A DNA stretch of 64,000 nt, from positions 73,658,001 through 73,722,000 of the forward strand of contig NW_024704743.1 of the NCBI RefSeq assembly GCF_018977255.1, given 5' to 3'. Position numbers and translations under genes: made by a program. Shown one piece after another: positions 41,440 to 53,106 of this stretch. The notes below the pieces were generated by a model. It did no database searches. It was not told the DNA's origin and worked only from the letters and a program-made list of their open reading frames with translations. This stretch comes from Callorhinchus milii. Lineage: Eukaryota. Position 1 is the stretch's first letter. Every line of letters starts with the position of its first letter.

Positions 41440-41935
41440 GGAATGGATTGCGCGCTCTCTGGATTCCCGCTTACCTAATTCGGAAGAGTATTAGGCGCAG
41501 ATTGGCACGAGCCAAGGCTTGGAGACTCTACACTGTGCGTTGGAGTCTAATCGGCTAAAACCGCATAGCTAGCCATTGATATCGCTGCCCGGCAAGCTTT
41601 CCTGCTGCTTGTCCAGCTAGGACCATCCTACCCTTTAAGGCTTTGGTTTGCCGGGTTAATGGGAGTTGAGTGGGAAGAATTCTAGCCACAGTGACTGATC
41701 CGCCCTTCCAAGTCCTGCCAATGAGCCAGGCTGGCTGTGCTGTCATCAACAGTGCCCTGGAATACTGCGGACTCATCCGGCCCAAGATTAGGACAACCGA
41801 GACTGCTACAGCGGATTGGTTCAATTCTGACATTCCGTGGCCAAACATGTCACCTTGGAGCCAGTTCAGATCCTGGGAGAAGCCACTTACTTCTCCCCAG
41901 GAGGATAGGGAAAGAGCAGAAAAATATTATTGAAG
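41440..41935. repeat. Unclassified CpG-retaining, hairpin-rich dispersed repeat (longest copy)
   Basis: Shares separate segments with 13577-13720 and 56823-56945 in opposite orientation. Several inverted repeats are visible. No convincing ORF. Confidence 0.75.
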
Positions 41936-42776
41936 CAGATAGCTCTGGTTGGGCGCTGGGAGCACAGGCACAATAGCCTCATTGTATGCTGACTTTTATA
42001 AAAAGGTGTTAATGAGTTAAAATTATAAGTCCACAAAAGAGTTAATGCTAATTTCCTGTATTTAAACCTCATGGGAATACCAAACTCTGACTGTTTAAAA
42101 AAATCAGTAACCTTAGATAAGATTAATGAAAATTCTCTGTATTTAACCAGGTCTTCTTTGAACATAGATATTTAACATTACTCATCTGCCACTGTTTGAC
42201 TTAATTTTAATATGTAAATATCAAATAAGATCAAGCAAACATAAATTCTTCCCAGACTCACAGATAAATGTTAGGGAAACCGAAGTCTGGAGAGAGCGAC
42301 ATCATAAATAAGAAAAAAGTTATCCAAGGTGAATGACTTGTTTAAAGGTGGGACCTGCGTTCTCCTGCACTAGGTCACTTGGGTGACTTGCATAAGACAA
42401 GCAGTCAAATGTCTAGTGGATGTCCTTCTAATTGAGTGGGGACACAATTTTTGAATTGCCCTTATAGGAGATACAGAACAACCCAACCACACACAGGAAA
42501 TCTCATCACCAATGGGAACACAGCACATCCCAGTTTAAAATACACTTTATTACAAAGAGTTTACTCTTTATATAATGAAACAATGAGATCCAGCTTCCTT
42601 TTCACAATGATATAGTGGTGTGCAGAATTACAAAGAACACAAAAAAATGGTTTCTGCTGCCTACATAATTTTTGTTTTGCAGCAGGTGTACTAAACGCAG
42701 TAACTGCACCTGATGCTTTTTTTTTTAAAAAAAGAATTTGCGACATAGAATGGAGAACATAATCTAGTAATCCTAC

Positions 42777-42845
42777 CTCATATTCTTCAGCTTCTATCAG
42801 CAGTTTGCCCGTAGTTATTCTGGATTCATAAGGAGGAAATAAATT
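42777..42845 (-). CDS. ACL4: Coding exon of Acl4-like protein; last exon found in window
   Basis: tttttctttttcag|AATTTA...TATGAG|gtagga. 69 nt, phase 0/0, encoding NLFPPYESRITTGKLLIEAEEYE. The PPYESRI...KLLIE motif is characteristic of Acl4 homologues (family recall). Confidence 0.9.
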
Positions 42846-43049
42846 CTGAAAAAGAAAAATAAGATAATGCTGAAAATATTAGAAATTTGTGAGTGGCGCC
42901 TTTGCTACGCAAGGTGAATTTTACACAAAAATGCTCAAGTCCTAAGCAACATTTATTCTTTCATTCATAACATTTAGTCCCATCGCTCAACAACGACCCC
43001 GAACCCAATCCACTGTACTGAAGTTTGGGTTTGAAAAAGCAAAAAGAAA

Positions 43050-43345
43050 TGCAACAACAACTTGCATTTATAGTGCCCTTCACACAGGATATCGTCTCAG
43101 AGCTCTTCACAGTGGAGGAGCCTGACGCCGAGCCAGGGAAAATGGGAGGTGACCGTAGGCACGGTCGGTCAAAAAGGAAGGTCTTCAGGTGTGATCTGAA
43201 GAAGAGCAAGGAGAGGGCAAGGGGGAGCGATTCAGACAGAGTTCTAGTCTCAAGCTGTAGTGGCTGAAAGCATGGTCATCAATGGTGGAGCAGAGTGGAT
43301 GAGGGATGTACAGGAAGCCCGAGCCTGCTAAGCGGAGGGGGCGAG
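43050..43345 (-). mobile_element. L2 3' fragment
   Basis: FRSHLKTFLFDR and HAFSHYSLRL motifs; (TTG)n tail. Confidence 0.75.
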
Positions 43346-43947
43346 TAAAATCCAACACATGAACTATTATATATACGCACACACGCACATTACATATCTA
43401 CATTTATATAGCATCTTTCATGTCGGGCGGACGCCCCAAGACACTGGACAGTCCAGGATTTACATCCGAGTTGCCTCGCAGTCTCTCTCTACTTTCAAAA
43501 CCATTTATATAACCTTTCTAACTGTGGCTTTGGCCGCTGCCCGCCTACCCCTGCTCAGGTCCTAATCCCTCTTTGTGAAGAGACATGAGGCAGGTGCTAA
43601 AATTACACGTTGATGTTGTTATAGTTCGAATGAATTATGGAGCTAGAAATATAAACTATCCAAAGATAAATTAAAATATTGAATGGTTAGAAACAATCCT
43701 TATTTAGATCTAGAATGGTTGTGTTGGAGGCATCCCTTAATCAGATCGAGAACAGCAAGTAGGTCAAGAATGGACTTTACAATGCTGGCAAGTGCTGTGT
43801 TGGAAGCAAAACTTTTCTTAGACAGGAAGCACTGATAAAACAAAGGCATGAGAAAGTGAAATAGCAGAAAAGAAGCGTGTAAATTCAGGAGGAGGTTGGG
43901 GGAAGCATAGCTGGGAAATAGTATGGGAAACGATGAGACAGCTAAGG

Positions 43948-44030
43948 TTTGAAGATGCTGAAGTCAATGTTCAGGCCTGCAGGCTGTAGTATCCCAAGAG
44001 GAAGATGAGATACTGCTCCTGTAGTTTGCC
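43948..44030 (-). mobile_element. Penelope-like element (PLE) ORF C-terminal remnant
   Basis: With one frameshift it reads KLQEQYLIFLLGxLQPAGLNIDFSIFK, matching the GIY-YIG C-terminal KLEEQHLIFRLGTLQPxGLN motif of Penelope/Poseidon elements. Confidence 0.75.
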
Positions 44031-44439
44031 TTGACATATACCGATTTACCATATTACTGCTATGTGCAGAACTTACAAGGACTGAGGAACAGTCTGGTGG
44101 GATAACCATTTCAGTTCCTGCATCCGATTTAAAATTTGCAAAGTGTAGAATTAAAATAATCCCACAGAATATACCCCATATCTGTAGTACTGATGTTTTG
44201 TGTCCAAGTATTTAAATATACCACTTGTTCAGATTCAGAAAATATAACCACAAATCACTCCGGAGTTAACTGGCAGCTTGTTTTGTTCTAGAAAACTTGA
44301 AAACTTTTACTTTTCTCAGTGAAAACAAAATCCAAATTATTAAAATGTTATTCCTCCAACTAACATGATTGAAATAAAATTACTGAAATACAATGGTGAT
44401 AAGGGCAAGAAATATTTTTTTGTTTAAAAAGGAAAATTA

Positions 44440-44730
44440 GAAGTGAATGACCAATGTTATCTGACTATTTGCTGATCAACACTGGGAGAAACTCTCTTCT
44501 CTTTTTCATTAGCACCATGAAATCGTTAACTCCAATCTGAACAAGCACACAAGACCTGAGTTTAACTTCTCATCTGAAGGACTGCACCTCTGATAATGCA
44601 ACACTTGCTCAGCATTGCACTAAAGTGCCAACCTAGACTGTGAGCTCAAGGGCTTTTCATGGCGCTTGAAGGTACAACCTCAGACTCAACAGAGGCAAGA
44701 GAGCTACCAACTGAGGCAGACTGACACCTA
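44440..44730 (-). mobile_element. Deu-domain SINE
   Basis: gggagaactctcttctcttttt...tttaacttctcatctgaaggactgcacctc...gagctaccaactgaggcagactgaca. Confidence 0.7.
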
Positions 44731-44742
44731 CCACCTGGAGAA

Positions 44743-45065
44743 GTGGAGTCCTGTAGCTCAGCGTTTAGAGCACTCGCTTTGCAAGCGAGAGACCTGAGTT
44801 CAATTCCAGGCAGAGGGCGAAACCTTGGGCAAGTTTCCTTACTCCACACAGAGCCTAATAATAATCCCTCCAAAACCAAAAAGAATAATAAATTGGTCAT
44901 TTTCAATCTACGACTGTTTGTGGGACATTGCTGTGCGCAATTGGCTGCCGCGTTCGCCCACAAATATACAGTCAATTCACTTTACAGTGTGTTCTGTGAA
45001 GCGCTTTGGGACATCCTCCCGACGTGAAAAGCGCTATGTCAAATGCAAGGATTATTATTATTATT
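44743..45065 (+). mobile_element. Full-length young tRNA-derived SINE
   Basis: A box tagctcagcgt, B box gttcaattcc, conserved body, and tail gggacatcctcccgacgtgaaaagcgct...caaatgcaagg(att)n. Confidence 0.92.
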
Positions 45066-46169
45066 AAGTCCATTCTTTTACTCCCTTCCATAACTTTGAT
45101 TCCCCTCTTCCTCATGTGAAGGTCTATCTTCCACAAAACACACTTGCAGTATATCCTGTGAAGCGCTTTGGGATGTCGCGACGTAAAAGCCACTGTACCA
45201 AATGTAAGGATTATTATTATTATCTGTGCTATTTGATTCAACCACCTCTTCAGGCAGCAAATTCCACAATTTCACAACCCTCTGGGTGAAGTAGTTCCTC
45301 CTAAATTCTCTTTTTAATCCCTAGTTGCTATCTCATATTTGTGACCCTGATTACAAATGAGAGGAGAAAAATTAACAAATAGAAGCTATAAAATAAAATC
45401 ATATTCATGAGGGTTTACTCATTACACTTGAGAGTTGCATTTTACTTTAATTAGTTTCTCCAGAGGTGATAAACAGTTTGTCTCTTAGAAGTGAAATTTA
45501 TTGAAAAAAAAGGCATCTTTTTTGCACTAGGGATTTTTCAGATTAAGACTTTTGGTCTGGAGCAGTGAGAACCTGGACCTGAAAAATAAGGTTTGACCTC
45601 TGATAATGCTGCATTTCATCTGCATCATTTGAGAGCCCTCCTGGATAATTACACATTCTGACACCCTGCCGTCAATCCCAATTTCTGCATGGCTTTGCCT
45701 TATTAAATTTCAATCACACTCTTGTACAATAATCTTTATTGAGCAGTCAGTTCAAATTCAGCAGTTGAATATTCTGGTGCACTGAAATGGATTTCCAAAT
45801 CTTTGCATGGGTTAAGGAGCTAGGTGCCACATTACTGCACTCTTGCTGGTAAACTGCCTAATGCAGGAATTTTACTTTACAAGTGAAACTGTAAACCTGC
45901 AATTGAAAAAAGAAAAGTACAAATCCCTATCATTTGAAAAACAATTCATGTAAACTGCTCCACTAGGAAAGGATAATTTAACATTCACCTAATACCATAC
46001 GAATATTGTCAACCTAGGCTTAAATATAGCACAGACTAAGATTTTATAGCACTATTATAAAATAGTAGCAAAGGTGTAACACTCCTGAATTCAAAATGCC
46101 AAATGTAGCCTATTATTGTGGCAGAGTGGGAAGATAAAGATGAAGAAAATAGTTAGCAAGCAGTGAGTG

Positions 46170-46460
46170 AGTTACATAGAACGTTTCTGCATAGGAGGAG
46201 ACGGTCTGCCTGTTCAGGTAGATGTTAAAGACCTTCAGCAATTTTCAAGAGGAGTTTCTCCTGTAGTCCTCACCAACAATCCCCCAAAATAAAATTGGTC
46301 ATTTGTTTCATGGCCATTTGTGTGACACTGTTATGCGCAATTGGGCTGACACTTTTGCCTACAAATACCCAGCCACCCCATTTCACAGTAAATCCTGCGA
46401 AGTGTTTTGAGACGTCCTCCATACATGAAAGGCACTATTTCAACTGCGAGTAGTATTATT
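46170..46460 (+). mobile_element. Deu-domain SINE 3' half
   Basis: gtctgcctgttcaggtagatgttaaagacc...gagacgtcctccatacatgaaaggcact tail. Confidence 0.65.
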
Positions 46461-46754
46461 ACACATTGTGTTTGTGCCACCAAGGATTTGGTGCAGTATA
46501 GAACTCATGCAATGAATGAAAAGTGAAATCAGAACACAGTTTTCCACTCAAATGGTTGTGGAAATGTGAAATTCACTCTCTTAAATATTTCAATAGATAC
46601 CCCTTGATAACTCTGACTGCCATATATTTATCTGCCTATCTCTTAAATATTTCTATTGAAATATTTAAGAAGTAGCAGATGAATATATGGCAGTCAGGGA
46701 TATCAAGGGATATGCTAAAAGGGCAATGGTTTTGAATGGTTTTAAGTTGCAGAT

Positions 46755-47545
46755 CAGCCGCTGACAGCATCACCATCCATGGATGCACACTCCACCTCAC
46801 TGAGCCAGTCCGGAATCTTGGCATCTTGTTTGACCCTCAACTGTCCTTTCTACTCCACATCTGTGCCACGACCCGCTCTGCCTTCCCCACCTCCGCAACA
46901 TCACCCAGATCCGCCACTGCCTCACCCCTCAGGCCGCCGACTCTCATTCACGCATTCATCACATCTAGGCTCGACTATGCCAACTTCCTCCTGCCTGTTG
47001 GCCTTCCCAACTCTTCCCTCCACAAGCTGTGGATCATCCAGAACTCTGCAGCTCATGTCCTCTCTCCCGTACCAGGCTCCATTACCCCATCACCCCCACC
47101 CTCGCTCAGCTCCACTGGCTCTCCATCACCCAAAGGCCAGAATTCATAATCCTCATCTTCGCCTTCAAAGCCCTCCATGGCCTTGCTCCTTACTACCTCT
47201 GTGAACTGTTAACACCATATCAACCTGTCCACTCCCTCCGCTTAACAGTCTCCGGACTTCTCCACATTCCCCGCCCGGCCCCCCCACCATCAGCGGTCGG
47301 GCCATCGGTTCCTCTGCCCCCACCCTTTCAAACTCCATCCCACACTCCCTTTGCTTCGCTCCCTCCCTTGTCTCATTCAAAGCACGTCTCAAGACCCTCC
47401 TCTTCGACCGCGCCTTTGGCCACCTTCCTACCTCTACCCTCCCTGCCCTCCACCCCTCCTAATCTTTACCCCTATCTCGGGTTCAAATCCCTGACTGTCC
47501 AGTGCCTTGGGACATCCTCCCAACATCAAATGTAATTTGTTGTTG
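46755..47545 (+). mobile_element. L2 ORF2 3' fragment
   Basis: VRNLGILFDPQLSF, FITSRLDYANFLL and LAQLHWL motifs; L2 tail. Confidence 0.9.
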
Positions 47546-48429
47546 ATCAACATCTGAAAGAGGAAAGCAGGTTGTTTTGGTTGGAACTCTTCATCAGAAA
47601 GAGCAGTTATATCACATATTAGCAGCATGAAATTTCATCTAGTCTTTGCCTGTAAGACCATTTGCTTTCAAAATTTATGGTCACACAGCATTTGTTAAAA
47701 TTCTTAAATTTAGTCTTAATTTGGAGTTTTTAAAAAAAGTGAAAAAACGACCTACAAATTGAGACTGAAAGCATTTTCTACAATTACTCCAAACTCCTTT
47801 TTACCTTCTGCCCAATCTATTTCAGTATCTACGCACCTCCCAAGTTTGATTGACATGAAGCATGCTGTTTGCAAAGCTACAGTGGGGTTATGGTGTTCTG
47901 AGCAAAGAAAGTGACAGAACAAATGCAAAATGGCCTCCTTCTGGTCCTACGGCAGTGTAGCCAAAAATATTCCTTATTGCAACACTCACAGTGCTATGTA
48001 TCTTGTAAACCACAAGAAGAAAGTATGCATATTTAAGAATATATACATTAAAAAAGTTCCTGATGAGTTAGTAAGGTCACTAAGGTAAGGCAGGTATTTC
48101 CCCATAAATCTGCATTATTGAACCTGCTGGCCCGAAGTTGGCTCCCAGTCCAGGGCAATGCACTTAATAAAGTCTAACACACTTGCTCTGTGACATGCCT
48201 GACTATCCCTGTAACATAGGTCAGTAGAGCAGCCTTGTGCAAGAGGAGAAACAGGAAGCAGATACCAGGCAATGTATTTTTTGTTTTGGGGAGATTGAAC
48301 AAATGTTTTATTTTATATCCAAAGAAAATATTTTGAACAGAAAGCAATCCCTCCAGACTTGTGCTGGCTGACCAATTTGTCAAAGTAATATTTGCGTACA
48401 TGTCTGACAAGAGGGATTGCTGAGGCATG

Positions 48430-48660
48430 GTTACTCAATCCCTCATACCAACACCAAGTCTAGGCTGACTTCAAGTGCAATGCTATGGGAGCAGTGCAAT
48501 GTTGAAAGTGCCGTCCTTTAGATGAAACGTTAAACCAAGATCCTGTCTGCCTGTTCAGGTGGACATCAAAAATCCCATGACATTATTCAAAAAAGGAAGT
48601 CTCTCCCAGTGTCCTGGCCAACAAACCTCCAGATAACCTGGCCATTCACTTCCTCGCTAT
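48430..48660 (+). mobile_element. Deu-domain SINE core
   Basis: gtgccgtcctttagatgaaacgttaaaccaagatcctgtctgcctgttcaggtggacatcaaaaatcccatgac. Confidence 0.75.
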
Positions 48661-51600
48661 GCAATCCACTTCAAACATGTTTGCATCAATTCTACAATTT
48701 GATTTCTTTTACGGGTAGAGAATAAGCTTTTCTGCCCTAGAATTGATTTTAAATTGAAAAATAGAAAATGACAAATGTTTAGATGCGTCCCAGCTGGCTA
48801 CAGTACATTACTGTAGTAAGATGGTTTTAAAGCTGATATCCGTTCCATTTATTAGGAAGCATTTTGTTTCTGTAGTTTAACCTGGGTTTAAATTGGTTTA
48901 TGATTACTTTGAAAAACTTAGGTCTGCTGTGTGATTTACTGGTCACAGTTTGAAAATAAATGTGGCACATATTTACCAGAATGTTTGGATTCCTCTAATC
49001 TAGCATTTCAATCAAATGACTTTGGAAAAATATTATTTGTGGGGGTTGAACTGGTTCAACAGAGACAGTACACTGAAGTCTAGACATCCAAATTTGATGC
49101 CAATACATCACTGAGTTCATCCCTCTTTCCAAAGAGGGAATCAATATTTGCAAACTTGTCATAGACTGTGACCCATTATAACCCAGTGCTTTGGACCAAT
49201 TGTATAACTAGTCCACAAAAAGACCACTTTGGGGTCATCAGGTCACTGATGGTGCTACTTCTGGCTTCCTGGTGTGAACTGTGAGCTTCCTTGGGTGCAC
49301 TGGGAGCTAGCCAGGCCGCACCGGAAGTCAGAAGTGTACTACATTTCTAGTAACTTCAGACCCACAAGACATGCGTGTTATAAGCAGGTGCATGCCCCAG
49401 TAAGCTTTCCAGCACCTGCTTTCTATGACAAATTAACAAGGCACAAAGGTCCATCCCTTTTTAGGCTATCGAAATTTGACTGGGGAATTTGGGTCTTGTT
49501 AAAAAATTATCTTTGTCACATATTTTATAGAATAATTAAACTACTGGATAATCGCCATTTTCTGGTGACCCTGAGCAAAGGGAGCAGCCAGGTCACTGTG
49601 GTTGAAGGAGATTGCAGAGATTGGGTAGGGCGGGACTGTGGGGGGATTTGAACACAAAACTGAGGATCTTGACGATTGGGTTTATAGACTCATGGAGCTG
49701 GTGCGGGAGAGAAACTGTTTATACTTTGCTTTTCTTCCCACAGCATACCTGAGCCACTCACTCATCCTATATTGATTAAAAGCATTGAGAACCCAGGTTT
49801 CCCCAGCCACCCTCTTATCAATGGGCTTCACTGTGGAGGTACAACCAAATCAATGCTCTGAATGCTGGTCCTAATCCAATACATACATTACATGATGTAT
49901 AAACCTTGCCAATCTCAGTTCATCCGGTGCCCTTGCTCCAGGACTGCCAGAGATTTGAAAGACATAGACATGTTTCAAACATGCATAATTTAAGAAACTG
50001 TAGGACAAACAATAGGGTTGAGCCCAAATATTTGCCATATACATTACTGTTACCACTCATATGGCAAGGGTAAGCTATTTGGCAGGGCAGAACTCACTTC
50101 GGGACATCAGTCTAGCAGGTCCACCTACTTCATACGGTTCGCTGTTTTGTCAGAAAAGTCAATAAAGCATTTCACATCAGAGAACTCAGAAAACGCCTGA
50201 AAGTGCTTTCCAGAGTAGAAGAGTAGAATGAGTAGAGTGCTTTCCTGAGTGCCTTAGGATCTAAGCTTGCATCATATTATCCCCCAAATTCTCCCCCCAA
50301 CTTGAACTTGGGGGGAAAATAGACAGGATTCGGCCAAAGACAAGTTCAAAGAGATTTGATTTTCAAACGAGTTTAAAAACACAAAGGGTGCAGGTAGCGA
50401 GGGAGGCAAAGGGATTTAGGGAGAGCTTCAGAGATTGAAGGCAAGGTGTCTGGTAGCTTACTCACCAATGAGGATGTGAAGCAGGCCAGCGTGAGCAGAG
50501 CAAAAGGAGAGTGGACAGAGGAGCACAGAGATTAGTGCCTGTGAGTCTTGCTTTAGTCGGTTGCTTTTATTTGGAGAATGTTTTAATTTGACTGTAGTTC
50601 TTTTTAATGTCAAAAATGCAGTGTGACGGCTGCCCAGCAGCTTCAACGCATTAAAGTTGATTCAAATAGTCCACCAAAGAGAGAGATTTCCCGGCATATT
50701 CTCGCTTTCCCTCACTCCGAAAAAGAGATTGCCAGATGTAAGGAATTATGAACTAATTTGCAATGTAGTGCAAAAATTGCAAAAATGTCACATTTCATAT
50801 ATTGTAGTCACATTATTCACAATTTGAGTGCCTTAGGATCTAAGCTTGCATCATATTATACACAAAATGGTAGTTACAAAAAATTAGCATCATGGGTGGA
50901 GTGATGTAATTAACTTTGTTTGCAGAACAAAGAGGCCCCTGCCTCCAAACTTCTAAATCCAAACCAGTGGGGTAGACCAGATGTCTATATAATTGGACAC
51001 GTGCAGAATATGTAAAATACATGCACTGAAATATTCAGCCATTTGATTCTACCCATCGTCTGCTGCAGTCAGGCAAAAGTGCTCTGAGGTAAGCACTCAG
51101 TTCATTTGGTTCCCTTGCTCCAGGATTGCCAAGTGCCAAAGAACAAAAAGCATGAACAGGGGCTCCTTTAATGAGAAGATGGTTAGCAGATTTTATCAGG
51201 GCAACTTAATGAGCCAAATACTCCAAAGGCTCCCTAAGAAAACAAGCATGAAAACCTTTTTAACAATGATTCCTGGTTTTCTATTATACTGTGTGAGATG
51301 TTTTACTGTATAAGGTCCGGACTGGCCATTACCCCCAAAAACATTAAACTACTACCACATCTTACTTTACAGCATCATTCAAGCATCGGGTATAGCCTCA
51401 TTACTGCAATACTAAAACAAAGAGAAAGAAAAACACAAAGTATATTTCACATTCTCATAACCTTTTGCAATTTTTTTTTGCTCTGCATTAGGCTTAGCCT
51501 AAGCCTAGAACAGCCTAGACAATTCCTTTCATTATCTGTAACACTTCAATCAGATCTATGCCTCTAAACCTACTCAGCTCTAATAGAATAAAATCCAAGT

Positions 51601-51764
51601 TTGCAAATTTACTCAGCCTCACTTCCTGTTTGTTGAACATACATTCATTATTGTGCGAAAAACCAGCCGGACCCACCCAAAGAACAGGGTCCACAGTGAA
51701 CAACATTATGAGAATTTGTGAGGAAAATTGTGAAGCACAGTATTCATCAATGTTCTCCAATCAT

Positions 51765-52025
51765 AGAACGTCCCCATTATCCCAACTTTCTACCACATGA
51801 ATAGGATGGCTCAAATTCCATGCACCTTCATTTCAGCTAACACATTTCTTATGAGGAACCTTGTCAAACAGCTTCTGAAAATTCAATTAAATGCCATTCA
51901 TTGATCCTCTTCTATTGATCACCTCTGTGGTCTGTCAAATAACTTCTTTAGCATAGTCAGAGATGACTTGGCTTTCAGAATCCATGCTGATTCTTGCTGA
52001 TCAGCTCATTCTTATCCAATTGCCC
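51765..52025 (-). mobile_element. CR1 reverse-transcriptase fragment (decayed)
   Basis: Minus strand has aatcagcatggattc (NQHGF) and ttttcagaagctgtttgacaaggttcctcataag (FQKxFDKVPH), typical CR1 RT motifs, with stops and frameshifts. Confidence 0.7.
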
Positions 52026-52419
52026 CATCCCGAAAACTAGACTCGTCAGCTATGCAAACAAAGTGCAGCACTTTTTCTGTCTGTGCAGATCACAAAAAGT
52101 TAAAAATGGCATAACTGCAGCCAATAATCAAACACCAACAGAAAGCTACAACTGAATGAATTGAAAACTTCAGAATTTTTTTTAAAACAAAAGCTGAATT
52201 CAGAGTCAAATGTGAATGCAAACCATCCCAATGGCAGCACTTAGTTTAGCACAAGATTTTCTAACACTATTTGGCACAATTTCAAGAATCAGCTAATAGA
52301 CCCACGGGTAGAGCTGAAGGTGATCATATTTGCATAAATTCATGCTTAGACCTTAAACGTTTGGCGAGTCAGCACGCAGCAAGATTGTATTGTGCACACT
52401 CAACTTGCTGAAAACAAAA

Positions 52420-52895
52420 CGAGGATCTTGAACTCATTCCATGTGGGATGGGGAGCAAGTGGAACTGAGCAAGAAAGGAGGTGATTGGTTTGCAGAGCCT
52501 GGCCTGGCATAGGAACTGGATACAGACTTCTGGATAGTCTGGATAGCTTAAGTAGAGAAAGGCTGGGGAGGCTGATGAGCAGAGCATTAGTGTAGTCATG
52601 GATGGAAGTAATGATTGTGTATTTGTGGGCAAAAGACCGTTTGTGCACATCAATATCCCACAAACAGCTATGAGGTGAATGTCCAATTTTCATCCGGAGG
52701 ACTGTCGACCTGGACACCAGGAAAGATATTGATTGGAAGATACAAGGAGCATCGTTCCCAATTGATCATTCTTATCAACACCTCAGGGTCGTGGTGGATA
52801 CCAACTTTTGCCTGGACACTATTCTCCGGGGTGGGAGCAGGGTATCCTTAGATCAGAATGGACTCCAAGTGCTACCAACTGAGCCCAGCTGACAT
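52420..52895 (-). mobile_element. L2 fragment joined to a SINE fragment
   Basis: ITSIHDYTNALLISLP...LAQFHLLP (L2) at 52420-52605; SINE body and head (gtgctaccaactgagcccagctgaca) at 52605-52895. Confidence 0.6.
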
Positions 52896-52998
52896 TATAT
52901 GTAACCTCAAGGACATCAGATTTCACCAAAGAAGAATTAGAATAATAAAACACCTATACACAAATTTCAATATACACCAAAACCATGAAACTTGTTAC

Positions 52999-53106
52999 CT
53001 GTAATTGTTCGGAGTCATCATCACCTTGAGATTGCTGCTCTGTCACTGCTTTCTGATAACTAGGCAACCACTGTTCAATGCTTTTCATCAGGAATGTTTT
53101 CCCTTC
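52999..53106 (-). CDS. ACL4: Coding exon of Acl4-like protein
   Basis: tttacag|GAAGGG...TTACAG|gtaaca. 108 nt, phase 0/0, encoding EGKTFLMKSIEQWLPSYQKAVTEQQSQGDDDSEQLQ. Confidence 0.9.

Noticed and set aside
44743..44815. tRNA gene (also at 7830-7900, 25716 and 58134)
   Set aside because: The A/B-box head runs straight into a shared SINE body and tail, so these are SINE heads.
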